The notes beneath the pieces were generated by a model that was given only the letters and a program-made list of their open reading frames with translations, had not been told where the DNA came from and did not search any database. The position numbers were made by a program, and so were the translations under genes. Of a stretch of DNA of 55,004 bases, positions 10,819 to 20,604 are shown piece by piece; the stretch's first letter is position 1; each line of letters starts with the position of its first letter. Source of the stretch: Salinivirgaceae bacterium (lineage in GTDB: Bacteria > Bacteroidota > Bacteroidia > Bacteroidales > SZUA-534); the NCBI GenBank assembly GCA_030620515.1, contig JAUXEM010000003.1, positions 1 to 55,004 of the forward strand, written 5' to 3'.

Positions 10819-12621
10819 ATGAAATTAAGAAATATTGCCATTATTGCACACGTCGACCATGGTAAAACCACTTTGGTTGATAAAATTTTATTGCAAACAA
10901 AACTATTTAAAGATCATGAGAATCCAGGAGAATTAATTTTGGATAGCAATGATTTAGAGAGGGAGCGAGGCATTACTATATTAGCTAAAAATGTATCGGT
11001 TACCTATAACGACATTAAGATTAATATTATTGATACTCCTGGTCACTCCGATTTTGGTGGTGAAGTTGAAAGAGTGCTTAATATGGCCGACGGAGTTTTA
11101 CTTTTAGTAGATGCTTTTGAAGGTCCTATGCCTCAAACACGTTTTGTTTTACAAAAGGCAATTGAACTTGGATTAAAACCAATTGTGGTTGTTAATAAAG
11201 TTGACAAGCCAAACTGCCGTCCGGAAGAAGTTCAAGAAGAAGTTTTTGAGTTAATGTTTAGTTTGGATGCCACCGAAGAACAGCTTGATTTCCCTACAAT
11301 TTACGGTTCAGCTAAAAATGGTTGGATGGCAAAAGATTTTAAGACTCCATCAGATGATATAATACCGTTATTAGATGCAATAATAGAATACATACCCGAA
11401 CCAAAAGTTGAAAAAGGTTCTCTTCAAATGTTGATTACTTCTTTAGACTTTTCGTCGTATGTAGGACGAATTGCTGTAGGACGTATTCACAGAGGCGAAA
11501 TTGAATCTGGACAGCAAGTAAGTTTATGTAAACGCGATGGCTCAATTAAACGTTCTAAAATTAAAGAGTTATTTGTTTTTCAAGGAATGGGTAAGGTAAA
11601 AGCTGATATTGTTAAAGCTGGCGATATTTGTGCTTTGGTTGGTATCGAAGGATTTGAAATTGGTGATACAATTGCTGAACTTGAAAATCCTGAAGCATTA
11701 GATCCTATTTCAATTGATGAGCCTACAATGAGTATGCTCTTTACTATTAATAATTCTCCATTTTTTGGTAAAGATGGTAAGTTTGTTACATCAAGACACA
11801 TTAAAGATAGACTTGAGAAAGAGCTTGAAAAGAATCTTGCCATGCGTGTGGAAGCTACTGAATCAGCAGATGCTTTTACTGTTTTTGGTCGTGGAGTATT
11901 ACACCTATCTGTATTAATTGAAACTATGCGCCGCGAAGGCTACGAATTGCAAGTTGGACAGCCACAAGTTATTATTAAGGAAATTGGTGGAGAAAAATGT
12001 GAACCTATTGAACAAATGGCGATCGATTTACCTGAAGAATATTCAGGAAAAGCCATTGAAATGGTAACCAAGCGCAAAGGTGAATTGTTAAACATGGAGC
12101 GAAAGGGTGAAAGAATACATCTTGAATTTAAAATACCTTCGCGCGGTATTATTGGCATGGCAAGTAATATGCTTACAGCAACTGCTGGTGAAGCTGTTAT
12201 GAGTCACCGTTTTATAGCTTACGAACCATATAAAGGACCAATTGAAAGTCGTATTAATGGTTCACTTATTGCAATGGAAGGCGGAACATCTTTTGCATAT
12301 GCCCTTGGAAAATTGACCGATAGAGGTAAGTTTTTTATTGGTGCTACTGAGGAAGTTTATGAAGGAATGGTTGTGGGTGAAAGTTCGCGCGCAAGCGATT
12401 TGGTTTTAAATGTCACTAAAACTAAAAAGCAATCAAACGTTCGTTCATCGGGTACCGACGATAAAGTAACACTTGCTCCTCCAATTCGATTTTCGTTGGA
12501 AGAGGCTTTAGAATATATTCAGAAAGATGAGTATGTTGAGATAACACCAAAATCTATTCGTTTACGTAAAATAAAACTAAAAGAGTTTGAGCGTAAGCGT
12601 GAAAAAAATGCTGCGAATTAA
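10819..12621 (+). CDS. typA: Translational GTPase TypA/BipA
   Basis: IAHVDHGKTT, DTPGHSDFGGEVER, GRGVLHLSVLIETMRREG, C-terminal TPKSIRLRK. Confidence 0.98.
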   Translation: MKLRNIAIIAHVDHGKTTLVDKILLQTKLFKDHENPGELILDSNDLERERGITILAKNVSVTYNDIKINIIDTPGHSDFGGEVERVLNMADGVLLLVDAFEGPMPQTRFVLQKAIELGLKPIVVVNKVDKPNCRPEEVQEEVFELMFSLDATEEQLDFPTIYGSAKNGWMAKDFKTPSDDIIPLLDAIIEYIPEPKVEKGSLQMLITSLDFSSYVGRIAVGRIHRGEIESGQQVSLCKRDGSIKRSKIKELFVFQGMGKVKADIVKAGDICALVGIEGFEIGDTIAELENPEALDPISIDEPTMSMLFTINNSPFFGKDGKFVTSRHIKDRLEKELEKNLAMRVEATESADAFTVFGRGVLHLSVLIETMRREGYELQVGQPQVIIKEIGGEKCEPIEQMAIDLPEEYSGKAIEMVTKRKGELLNMERKGERIHLEFKIPSRGIIGMASNMLTATAGEAVMSHRFIAYEPYKGPIESRINGSLIAMEGGTSFAYALGKLTDRGKFFIGATEEVYEGMVVGESSRASDLVLNVTKTKKQSNVRSSGTDDKVTLAPPIRFSLEEALEYIQKDEYVEITPKSIRLRKIKLKEFERKREKNAAN

Positions 12622-12633
12622 AATTTATTATAT

Positions 12634-12662
12634 AAAGCGAATCTATTAAGATTCGCTTTTTT
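12634..12662 (+). terminator. Intrinsic terminator of typA
   Basis: AAAGCGAATCT-loop-AGATTCGCTTT followed by a T run. Confidence 0.85.
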
Positions 12663-12678
12663 CTTTTCACGTGAAACT
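12663..12678. promoter_or_regulatory. Degenerate parS-type site CTTTTCACGTGAAACT
   Basis: 13/16 match to TGTTTCACGTGAAACA, intergenic. Confidence 0.6.
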
Positions 12679-12875
12679 TACATGGCTAATGAACCTGTGA
12701 AAAAGTGTGTGGTACTCGGTTATGAGTATTTGCAAGTATAAAGGTGAAGTCTTTTATGGAATTTCAGCAGATTGCCTAATTATACCTTATCACAAACATT
12801 CTTTACAGCCTGTGCATAAAGTCAGTTTTTTAAAGATATTTTTTATTTGAAAATAATTTTACATTTTGAAAAAAA

Positions 12876-12933
12876 CTTCAGTCAGCAATCGACAGCTTAT
12901 ATTAGTACTGAATTTACTGCTTACTGAAGACTG
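12876..12933. repeat. Inverted CAGT/ACTG short-repeat arms with no gene between them
   Basis: CTTCAGTCAGCA (12876-87) pairs 11/12 with TGCTTACTGAAG (12918-29); ACTG recurs four times at 7-9 nt spacing. Confidence 0.5.
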
Positions 12934-12951
12934 TTATTATTATCATTATTT

Positions 12952-14442
12952 TTAAAATTCCGAATAAGCATCAATTTTTGGCTCATCTTTGAAACCATGT
13001 GCCCCAAATATAAGGTTAAGCCCAAACATCACGTTAAATGCTCTCATATCTGCTCCAGCTGGAATCTTATTGCCATTCTCTAACACGTAGTTTGTATAAA
13101 CTAAAGGAATATGATCAAGAAGCATATAGAATTGTATAGGTCCTCCGCGAATAGCTAAACCAAAACCTAAATAGTTTTCACCAGTTAGAGCAACGTTGTA
13201 GTTTAAATTTGCTGTTATAGCTTGATATAAATTTACATTTGCCGACAGATTAAATTCTTGATGAAAATAATTTCTATCGAAAGTAGAACGTGATAGTAAA
13301 CCAATACTAACCACGTGATTAACATGGTACTGACCACCAAAATAGAGCATTGTTCCTATGCCGGTTGTATATTTTTCATTTCGCGCATGGTAATTAATTA
13401 CTGTTTTAATAGTATCAATTAAATCGTCAACAGCCTGATCAATACTATCAACATTGTCATTGTTAATAACCAATCCTTCAAAATCATATTGACCATTGAA
13501 ATGAATAGAATTCAAATCATTTTTCCAGCTAATAAATCCTAAATCGTTTAGCGAGGCTGAAAAAGACCATGCTTCGTTTAATTCATAGGTTGCACCAATA
13601 TCTATTGCTAATCCCAAATTTGAAAAATTTGTACCATAATCCTTAAAAATTGTGCCCACATCCATATTTTTAAACTCATCTTTAATATTCGCATCAACAT
13701 TTCCGTCTTCATCTGTGGTAATTTCAAGCGGACCTGACGAATAAATATCACCTTGGGCATCTAATTTCCATACTTCATTACTGGTTTCGAGTCTAGCTTT
13801 GCTAATATCTGTCTTAATACTTGCTAAACCTTGTAATAGTTTAAAACGACCACCAATCCTTAGTTTTTTTGTTAAATTTCTAGAATAACCCAATGCATAT
13901 TCAGAATATAACTGTAAATCTACTCCAGTACCAGCAAAATTGAAAGTGGAGCCTTCCGGAAATCCATATTGTGGTATTTTAAATAGATCGGAGGCAATGG
14001 TTCCATTCAATTTTATTTTTTCTGACATAGAAAAAGTAATGTAACTTTTGTCCAATCGAAAGCCAAATATAATAGGAGAAATTAGTTCATAAGTTCTAAT
14101 TTGTGCACCATCACCAATTACATCGTATAGTTTACCATAATCGTAATACTGACTTAATAATGAAATTGTTCCCGAATCAGAGCTTTGTAACAATACATCA
14201 GCAGGTAAGTTTGATTGATAATTTATGTAGATAGAATTTATTCCTGGAACACCAATAAAACCATTACAACGAGGTGCCATAGCTGGATTAATAAAATTGC
14301 TTTGTGGAACATTTTCCAGAAAATATAGAGACATTGGATCTTGTGCTTTACCAGTAAAGCAAGCTAAAAGCAAACCAAGTAATATTATATATCGAGAGTA
14401 TTTTTTTTGCATAATTTTATTTAATGAATTGTTATAGTTCAA
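12952..14442 (-). CDS. DUF5723-like outer-membrane beta-barrel protein
   Basis: Signal peptide, QSNFINPA, GLAIDIGATY, SASLNDLGFISW, FGLNLIFG. Confidence 0.75.
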   Translation of the reverse strand: MNYNNSLNKIMQKKYSRYIILLGLLLACFTGKAQDPMSLYFLENVPQSNFINPAMAPRCNGFIGVPGINSIYINYQSNLPADVLLQSSDSGTISLLSQYYDYGKLYDVIGDGAQIRTYELISPIIFGFRLDKSYITFSMSEKIKLNGTIASDLFKIPQYGFPEGSTFNFAGTGVDLQLYSEYALGYSRNLTKKLRIGGRFKLLQGLASIKTDISKARLETSNEVWKLDAQGDIYSSGPLEITTDEDGNVDANIKDEFKNMDVGTIFKDYGTNFSNLGLAIDIGATYELNEAWSFSASLNDLGFISWKNDLNSIHFNGQYDFEGLVINNDNVDSIDQAVDDLIDTIKTVINYHARNEKYTTGIGTMLYFGGQYHVNHVVSIGLLSRSTFDRNYFHQEFNLSANVNLYQAITANLNYNVALTGENYLGFGLAIRGGPIQFYMLLDHIPLVYTNYVLENGNKIPAGADMRAFNVMFGLNLIFGAHGFKDEPKIDAYSEF

Positions 14443-16072
14443 TTTCGTTACTTACTAAGTCAAAATTTAGCTGGAATTCAAGCCCATAAAAATCAAACAT
14501 TTTTACAAACTGAGTTCCATTATCAGTTGTTATTGTTCGTGTAGATAGCAATATTTTTTGAACATTTTGTTCTTTGTAAAATTCAATTTTTTCTTTTGTT
14601 AGTATTACATCTGTTTTAGATAATCCTGGTTCAATAACCTTACCATCTATACCATCTGAATCAAGAATACCAGATGCTAAAAGCTCTTCTGGTCCACTAA
14701 ACAATGAATCAATAATTACATAATTTTCATCAACAACATATGCTTGGGCGGTTAGTTCAAACGGAAACCAATTGCTAAATTCAAAAGAAAGTGTTGCCGA
14801 TTTAAGATATGTTAACATATCATCGTCAATCATGTTATTTATATCGAACCTACGAATAGTGTCAATTCTTGTATAAGCCGACGTACGTAACCATAAAGGT
14901 ATAATTATATTTATGTTGCCAGAAATTCTATTGTCTTGAGTTACAAAGTTATCAGTATTAAGATCTTCTGGTTTCGGATTAATATTAACTAATAAATGAT
15001 AATCAAGTTTATCTGGAAACATATTTATTACATCGTTTATGTTAGAATTAGTTCTATTATATAGAAAAGAATTCTCAGTTGGTATTACCTCTGATGCATA
15101 TTCTGCAGGCTTTACATTAATGGTGTTATTTGAACCTAATTCTAATAGTTTTGTTTCTCCAGTACTTGATCTTCTTACTATTGCTTCTTCTAAAATAGCA
15201 TCATACGGAATACCAAAATAATTATCAAACTCTAATAACATCTGAATGTCATAAAATTCAATTAAATCAACAGCGTCTATATCTTCAAAAAGCGAATAGT
15301 CTAGTGTTTCTTTTCTATCCATAATAGTAGATTGACCAAACCTGCCAAAAACAATTTCTGGTATTAATCCGTTCATTGATAGTGTTACATTTATTTCAGG
15401 AGTTTGGTTAGGATCGGGTGGATTAGCAGTATTAATTGCAATATTTGCAGTTATGTTCATGGTAAAGTAGCTGGAATCTTGTCCTTGTCCAAATATAATT
15501 TTATAACCAGCTAAGTCTTGTTGCTCTTCAGCATTTGGCAAAGTTGCATCATAGTTAAAAATTAAAACTACACCATCTTTGGTTAATTCCGGAAATTCAA
15601 CATCTATATTGCCTGTATAACCACTCGGAAGTTGAAGATTTAGTGCAAGAGTTGCTTCTTGAATGAGCATACTGTCGAAACGCTGATTTGAATTAGTGTT
15701 TAATTTTATTCGTTCAACAAATATTTGCTCCGCGTTAGTTGATTTTTTAGTATTGGATATAGGATAGTTTTTTGTGAAATTTACATCTTCAATAGCAATA
15801 ATATCATCCCAAGTCGAAGTGAAATTATCTATATATTTTACACAAAGTAAGCCATCTTTTTCAACTGTAATGTTATCTGATATACTGTCGCCTAATCTGT
15901 CAAAAATATCTTCAGCAAAAAAACTTGCTTTTGCTATAGGCCCCGAAAAAAAAATGGGTCTGTCAAGTTTTGTTAAATTATCTGGATCAATAACAACATC
16001 GTCGGTAAAACAACCTGAAAAAGTTATTAGTAAGAAGCCAGTTAATGCAAATATTATATTTCGTTTTACCAT
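14432..16072 (-). CDS. Hypothetical lipoprotein, partner of the DUF5723-like gene
   Basis: Lipobox ITFSGC; beta-rich; stop overlaps the downstream ORF. Confidence 0.7.
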   Translation of the reverse strand: MVKRNIIFALTGFLLITFSGCFTDDVVIDPDNLTKLDRPIFFSGPIAKASFFAEDIFDRLGDSISDNITVEKDGLLCVKYIDNFTSTWDDIIAIEDVNFTKNYPISNTKKSTNAEQIFVERIKLNTNSNQRFDSMLIQEATLALNLQLPSGYTGNIDVEFPELTKDGVVLIFNYDATLPNAEEQQDLAGYKIIFGQGQDSSYFTMNITANIAINTANPPDPNQTPEINVTLSMNGLIPEIVFGRFGQSTIMDRKETLDYSLFEDIDAVDLIEFYDIQMLLEFDNYFGIPYDAILEEAIVRRSSTGETKLLELGSNNTINVKPAEYASEVIPTENSFLYNRTNSNINDVINMFPDKLDYHLLVNINPKPEDLNTDNFVTQDNRISGNINIIIPLWLRTSAYTRIDTIRRFDINNMIDDDMLTYLKSATLSFEFSNWFPFELTAQAYVVDENYVIIDSLFSGPEELLASGILDSDGIDGKVIEPGLSKTDVILTKEKIEFYKEQNVQKILLSTRTITTDNGTQFVKMFDFYGLEFQLNFDLVSNEIEL

Positions 16073-16228
16073 AGTTTTATTATTTCAGATTTAATAGTTT
16101 GTTCATATTTTGAAGCATTTGTATTACATGCGTTGTAATTAAAATGTATGTGTTTTATTACAGAGAATATTAGTACATTATTTATTTTGTTACTTATACT
16201 TGTTTGTTGCATGCTAGTTTAAAATCTG

Positions 16229-18721
16229 TTAATTAAGTACTTTAATTTCAACTCGGCGGTTTTGAGCCTTTCCTTCGGGTGTATCATTAGGCGCAATTGG
16301 CTGATCAAAACCATATCCTTCATATTCAATTCTATCTTCTTCAACACCACGTGAACTTAAATAGTTTTTTACAGTAAGGGCACGAGCTTTCGATATACGT
16401 TTGTTAACTGATGCAGAACCAACATTATCGGTATGTCCCGATACTTCTATTCGTACATCTGGGTTTCTAATAAGTAGTATTGCTAATTTATCTAAACCTT
16501 TAAATGACCCTGCTTTCAGCGTTGATTTACCAGAGTTAAATAAAATATTTTCAACCACAATTTTAGCACCAGTCGACATTTTCTTCAATGCAAAGTTTTT
16601 AGCAGTAAAGGTTTGATTCTCTTGAAATTTGTATGTTTCATTTAAGAAGAAGTATCCTGTAGCTTCAACTTCTATCAAGAAAGGACCTTGTTCTTCAAGT
16701 TGTGCAGTGTATTTTCCATTTGTACTATCTGAAACTACGATTGAAAAAGGCTCGGTTTCAGAAGGACGATAAAAACTTAATGCTCCGTGTACTGGTGTTG
16801 TACTTGTTTCATCAGTAATTACCCCAGTAAGTGTATATAAAATCTTACTGCGTTTCATGACAATATCGTTAGTAATTAAGCTGCTTTCTTCTAATGTTGC
16901 ATCTAATGAATCGTAAACAGCAAAATAGTTTTCGGCTTCAACTTGTAAAACCATATTGTATTTATCCTCAAATGTTACCGAATATTTACCTTTTGAATCG
17001 GCAAATTGCCTTGCATAAATAGAATCAGTTATAGCATCTTTAATAATTATGCTTGCCATTACAGGTTCATAATTATCAATGTCTCTAATAAAACCAGATA
17101 ATGTAAATGGATGCTTAATTTTCTCCATCTTATAATCAAGAACAATAGTAGCATGTTTTTCATTCGGACAGTTTATAGAATCTACAATAGATTTATATCC
17201 TTCTTTATCAATTTGTAAGCTATAATCTCCAATATCTTCAAACGAAACCATATAAATACCTGCTAGTGTATCAACAGGAACATTGATAAAGGATTTTTCC
17301 GTTTTGTTATCAATAATGTTTACTGTGGCTGAAATAACATCACCGCTTTCAATATCTGTTACCGACCCAATAAGTGAAAAAGGTTTGCGTGGGTCAATTT
17401 GTATTTTGTATATATCTAAACCTCCATAACTGTCACCTCTTATTGTAGAATATAGTGCTACCATTGAATCGCGTGTTGGGTGATAAAAAAGTTCATCGGC
17501 AGGGCTATTTATTGGATGACCTAAGTTTATTGGGTTGCTCCAACTTCCATCAATTTGTTTGAATGATTTATAAACATCGAATCCACCCATTCCTAAATGA
17601 CCTTTCGATGAGAAATACAAGGTATTACCGTCATCTGAAATATAAACGCCCTCTTCGTCAAAAGGTGTGTTTAAACCGTTACCAATATTGTATGGTTTTG
17701 CCCACCTATCGTTTTTTTTATATTTGGCAACCCAAATATCTTTTCCACCAACCGAACCTCGTCGGTTAGTAATAAAATAGGCTGTGTTGTCTGGACCAAC
17801 TGAAATAGAGGTTTCTCGATAGGCAATATGATTTATTTTTCCTTTAACTTGCTTAATTTCTTTCCATTTTTTCTTTTCAGAATCATATCTTGTCATTAAT
17901 AAGCGACCAGTTTGCCTTTTTCCTTCATAAAAGAATATACGGTTTTTGGTTTTATCGACCCCCGCCATACTCACATTTGCGTTTTTATTTAAAGCCTTTA
18001 AAGCCGATACCCATTCACATTGTTGGTGAATACAGTTGTTTGCTAAAAATATTCTCTCTTTGTATTTAAATCTAGAAACGGTTTTTGTGGGCTCTTTCTT
18101 TGGTCTTTTTGATGTGAAAAACAGATTGGAATCATTAGGTGGCAAGTAAGCACTGTGCTCGTCGAAATATGTATTTATTAATGGTCCTAAATTTACAATA
18201 AAAACATCAGACGAATCTTTTGTAAGTTTTATACTATAATCGCATTCTGCAATGTATTGATCTATTCGTTGTTTTTGTTCTTTCTGTTGCCATGTTTTTA
18301 ACGAACTTAAATAGTTACTATAAGCTTCTTTAGCTTTGTTATAGTCATTATTGTATTGATATGAACGTCCTAAAGCTAAATAGTAATCCTTCGCAATTTC
18401 GGGAGAACTATTAAGTAAATACTCTAAGGATGCATCCTTATCGGAAGATAAAAGATTGCAGATTCCTATTTTGTAATTTAATGCATGTGAATTAGAGTTG
18501 TAACCATAAAGCTTTATGTAGTTCTTTAATGCTTCGTCGTATGTTCCTTTTCCTTTACGATAGTACCTTTCTGCTGTTTTAAACCATTTCATAGCATTTT
18601 CTATACCATCTTGATTTGCAAAATAAGTTTTCTGATCAATCTTAGGATTTTCTTGTGTTTTGCCAGTAAAGTTAAGAACTACAAAAAATAGAATAAGAAA
18701 TAAAGGTCTTAATTTAAACAT
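16229..18721 (-). CDS. OmpA-family protein with TPR, PD40 propeller and three carboxypeptidase-regulatory-like domains (PorE-like architecture)
   Basis: GGKDIW, GGFDVY and GGLDIY PD40 motifs; C-terminal SGHTDNVG...GKAQNRRVE. ATG 18721 preferred over 18754 because it gives a clean signal peptide. Confidence 0.85.
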   Translation of the reverse strand: MFKLRPLFLILFFVVLNFTGKTQENPKIDQKTYFANQDGIENAMKWFKTAERYYRKGKGTYDEALKNYIKLYGYNSNSHALNYKIGICNLLSSDKDASLEYLLNSSPEIAKDYYLALGRSYQYNNDYNKAKEAYSNYLSSLKTWQQKEQKQRIDQYIAECDYSIKLTKDSSDVFIVNLGPLINTYFDEHSAYLPPNDSNLFFTSKRPKKEPTKTVSRFKYKERIFLANNCIHQQCEWVSALKALNKNANVSMAGVDKTKNRIFFYEGKRQTGRLLMTRYDSEKKKWKEIKQVKGKINHIAYRETSISVGPDNTAYFITNRRGSVGGKDIWVAKYKKNDRWAKPYNIGNGLNTPFDEEGVYISDDGNTLYFSSKGHLGMGGFDVYKSFKQIDGSWSNPINLGHPINSPADELFYHPTRDSMVALYSTIRGDSYGGLDIYKIQIDPRKPFSLIGSVTDIESGDVISATVNIIDNKTEKSFINVPVDTLAGIYMVSFEDIGDYSLQIDKEGYKSIVDSINCPNEKHATIVLDYKMEKIKHPFTLSGFIRDIDNYEPVMASIIIKDAITDSIYARQFADSKGKYSVTFEDKYNMVLQVEAENYFAVYDSLDATLEESSLITNDIVMKRSKILYTLTGVITDETSTTPVHGALSFYRPSETEPFSIVVSDSTNGKYTAQLEEQGPFLIEVEATGYFFLNETYKFQENQTFTAKNFALKKMSTGAKIVVENILFNSGKSTLKAGSFKGLDKLAILLIRNPDVRIEVSGHTDNVGSASVNKRISKARALTVKNYLSSRGVEEDRIEYEGYGFDQPIAPNDTPEGKAQNRRVEIKVLN

Positions 18722-18828
18722 AGTAAAAAATTGAAGTTTGTTCGCAATAAACATATTTTAAAAATTTAAATATAGTAGTTATTATGAATATCTAATACTG
18801 AATTTTATAAAGATTATTTAAATAGTAT

Positions 18829-18859
18829 AAAAAAAAGCAGATCGGGGAGATCTGCTTTC
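18829..18859 (-). terminator. Intrinsic terminator, minus strand
   Basis: Minus strand reads GAAAGCAGATCTCCCCGATCTGC followed by T8. Confidence 0.75.
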
Positions 18860-19105
18860 TTGTTTTGTCGAAATAAAATTATAAAGATATAATTCCATTT
18901 CTAATACTGTCTAACTGCCTAATGTGAAGATTTCAACACTAACCACAATGTTGAGCGAACTCATAAACCAACCAAAATTTACCATTATTAGAATACAGTT
19001 TAACAGTAATATCTTAACGTGTAGTTTTCCATAAAACGTTTAAAAGCTTACACAAAACCACTAATATTGTTATGCCTAATACATAAAAAGCCTTTTGTTT
19101 TTATA
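18829..19105 (-). ncRNA. Candidate small RNA or terminated leader
   Basis: TATATTTG -7 element (19111-19118, minus strand) and a strong terminator about 270 nt downstream, with no long ORF between. Confidence 0.35.
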
Positions 19106-19408
19106 TAACACAAATATAGTAAATTTGTTTAAGATTAAAAGGTCTTATTGTGTAAAAAAGATTTATTTTGATTGATGTGCTATTTATATATTAAAATTTT
19201 TATGGAGACTTGGAATTGAAAATCAGATACATGCAAAAAATTTGATATAGAATAAATCTTTTTTGATAGAGATTTATGAAAAAAACCATTTTTTTTCTCA
19301 TAATTATACAAATCACTATTTTTGGCTACAAATAAATTGTATCCTTTAAATAAATTGTATTTTGCAAATGAAATTGGTGAGTAAATCCATCATATAAAAT
19401 ATCATGAA

Positions 19409-20407
19409 ATGAGACAACTAGGAATTATATTTATTGTAGCTATAACAATTTTGGCTACTGGCTGTAATCAAGGAAAAGTAAAACGTTCATTATTACCTGG
19501 AGTTTCCGGAAATGCGGGCGAAGTGCTTGTAATTATGGACAAAGAGAAATGGAATGGTAGCCCTGGTGAATTAGTTAGGGATTTATTATTGCAAGATGTG
19601 CCTGGCTTACCGCAAAGTGAACCTTTATTTAATACTGTGAATATTAGCAACAGGGCATTTTCCGCGTTATTCCGCATTCATAGAAATATTGTAATAACAA
19701 AAATTTCATCCGAAATTGAAAAACCAGTGATTACTGTTGAGCGCGATAAATGGGCAGAACCACAAACGGTAATTTATATTATGGCACCTAGTCGTGAGAC
19801 ATTTTTAAATTTATTTAATCAGAATACTGATAAAGTTTTGGGCTTACTACTTAAAGCTGAGCGCGATAGATTAATGAATAATTACAAAAAATATGCTGAA
19901 AGGCCTGTAATTGAAAAGCTGAAAAGAAACACAGGTATTCACCTAACTATACCAAAAGGTTATACCTATGACCTAGACACAAATAATTTTATTTGGATAT
20001 CGCATGAAACGCCTCAAATAAGTCAAGGTCTTTTTGTTTACTCATACGAGTATAAAGACACATCTGACTTTAACCAGATTTCGCTCATTAATAAACGCAA
20101 TGAGTTTTTACAAAATTATGTTGCCGGTCCACGTAAAGGTTCGTACATGACAACCGAATTACAATATTTACCAACTTTCCGTTCCTACGAATGGAAAGGT
20201 CAGTATACAGCTGAATTACGAGGATTGTGGAAAGTAGAAGGAGACTATATGGGCGGTCCGTTTGTAAGCTTAAGCCGATTAGACAAAGTGAATAACCGTG
20301 TAGTTACTGTTGAAGGTTATGTTTACGCACCAAAATACGACAAGCGCAAATACATTAGACAAATGGAAGCAATATTATATTCCTTCGATTTTGAAAAAAA
20401 GAAATAG
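19409..20407 (+). CDS. DUF4837-family lipoprotein
   Basis: Lipobox LATGC; ELRGLWKVEGDYMGGPF and EGYVYAP motifs. Confidence 0.8.
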   Translation: MRQLGIIFIVAITILATGCNQGKVKRSLLPGVSGNAGEVLVIMDKEKWNGSPGELVRDLLLQDVPGLPQSEPLFNTVNISNRAFSALFRIHRNIVITKISSEIEKPVITVERDKWAEPQTVIYIMAPSRETFLNLFNQNTDKVLGLLLKAERDRLMNNYKKYAERPVIEKLKRNTGIHLTIPKGYTYDLDTNNFIWISHETPQISQGLFVYSYEYKDTSDFNQISLINKRNEFLQNYVAGPRKGSYMTTELQYLPTFRSYEWKGQYTAELRGLWKVEGDYMGGPFVSLSRLDKVNNRVVTVEGYVYAPKYDKRKYIRQMEAILYSFDFEKKK

Positions 20408-20432
20408 AATCTATAATACTATGAAAAATAAT

Positions 20433-20563
20433 GTGTCCGAAAAGTCTAGTGAGAGAGTCTTTGCGAGGAGGTACGACGGAGCAATCGGTTGAATTATAGA
20501 ATGTAAGGATAGCCTCTCTAGCCTGAGGCTAGATCGCAGACTCAATACTCACTTTCTGGACAC
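20433..20563. mobile_element. MITE-like palindromic element, copy A
   Basis: Terminal inverted repeats GTGTCCGAAAAGT / ACTTTCTGGACAC (11/13); internal TTGCGAGGAGGTACGACGGAGCAATC and nested hairpins. Confidence 0.6.
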
Positions 20564-20575
20564 CCTCTTTTTTAA

Positions 20576-20603
20576 TTCTGTATTCTTCATTCTATCTTCA
20601 TAA
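20576..20603. repeat. TTCTnnn heptamer array
   Basis: ttctgta ttcttca ttctatc ttcataa, next to the nitroreductase TAG stop. Confidence 0.7.
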
Positions 20604-20604
20604 A

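Noticed and set aside
20310-20492. 60-aa ORF, and likewise 28191-28373
   Set aside because: Chance frames running through repeat elements.
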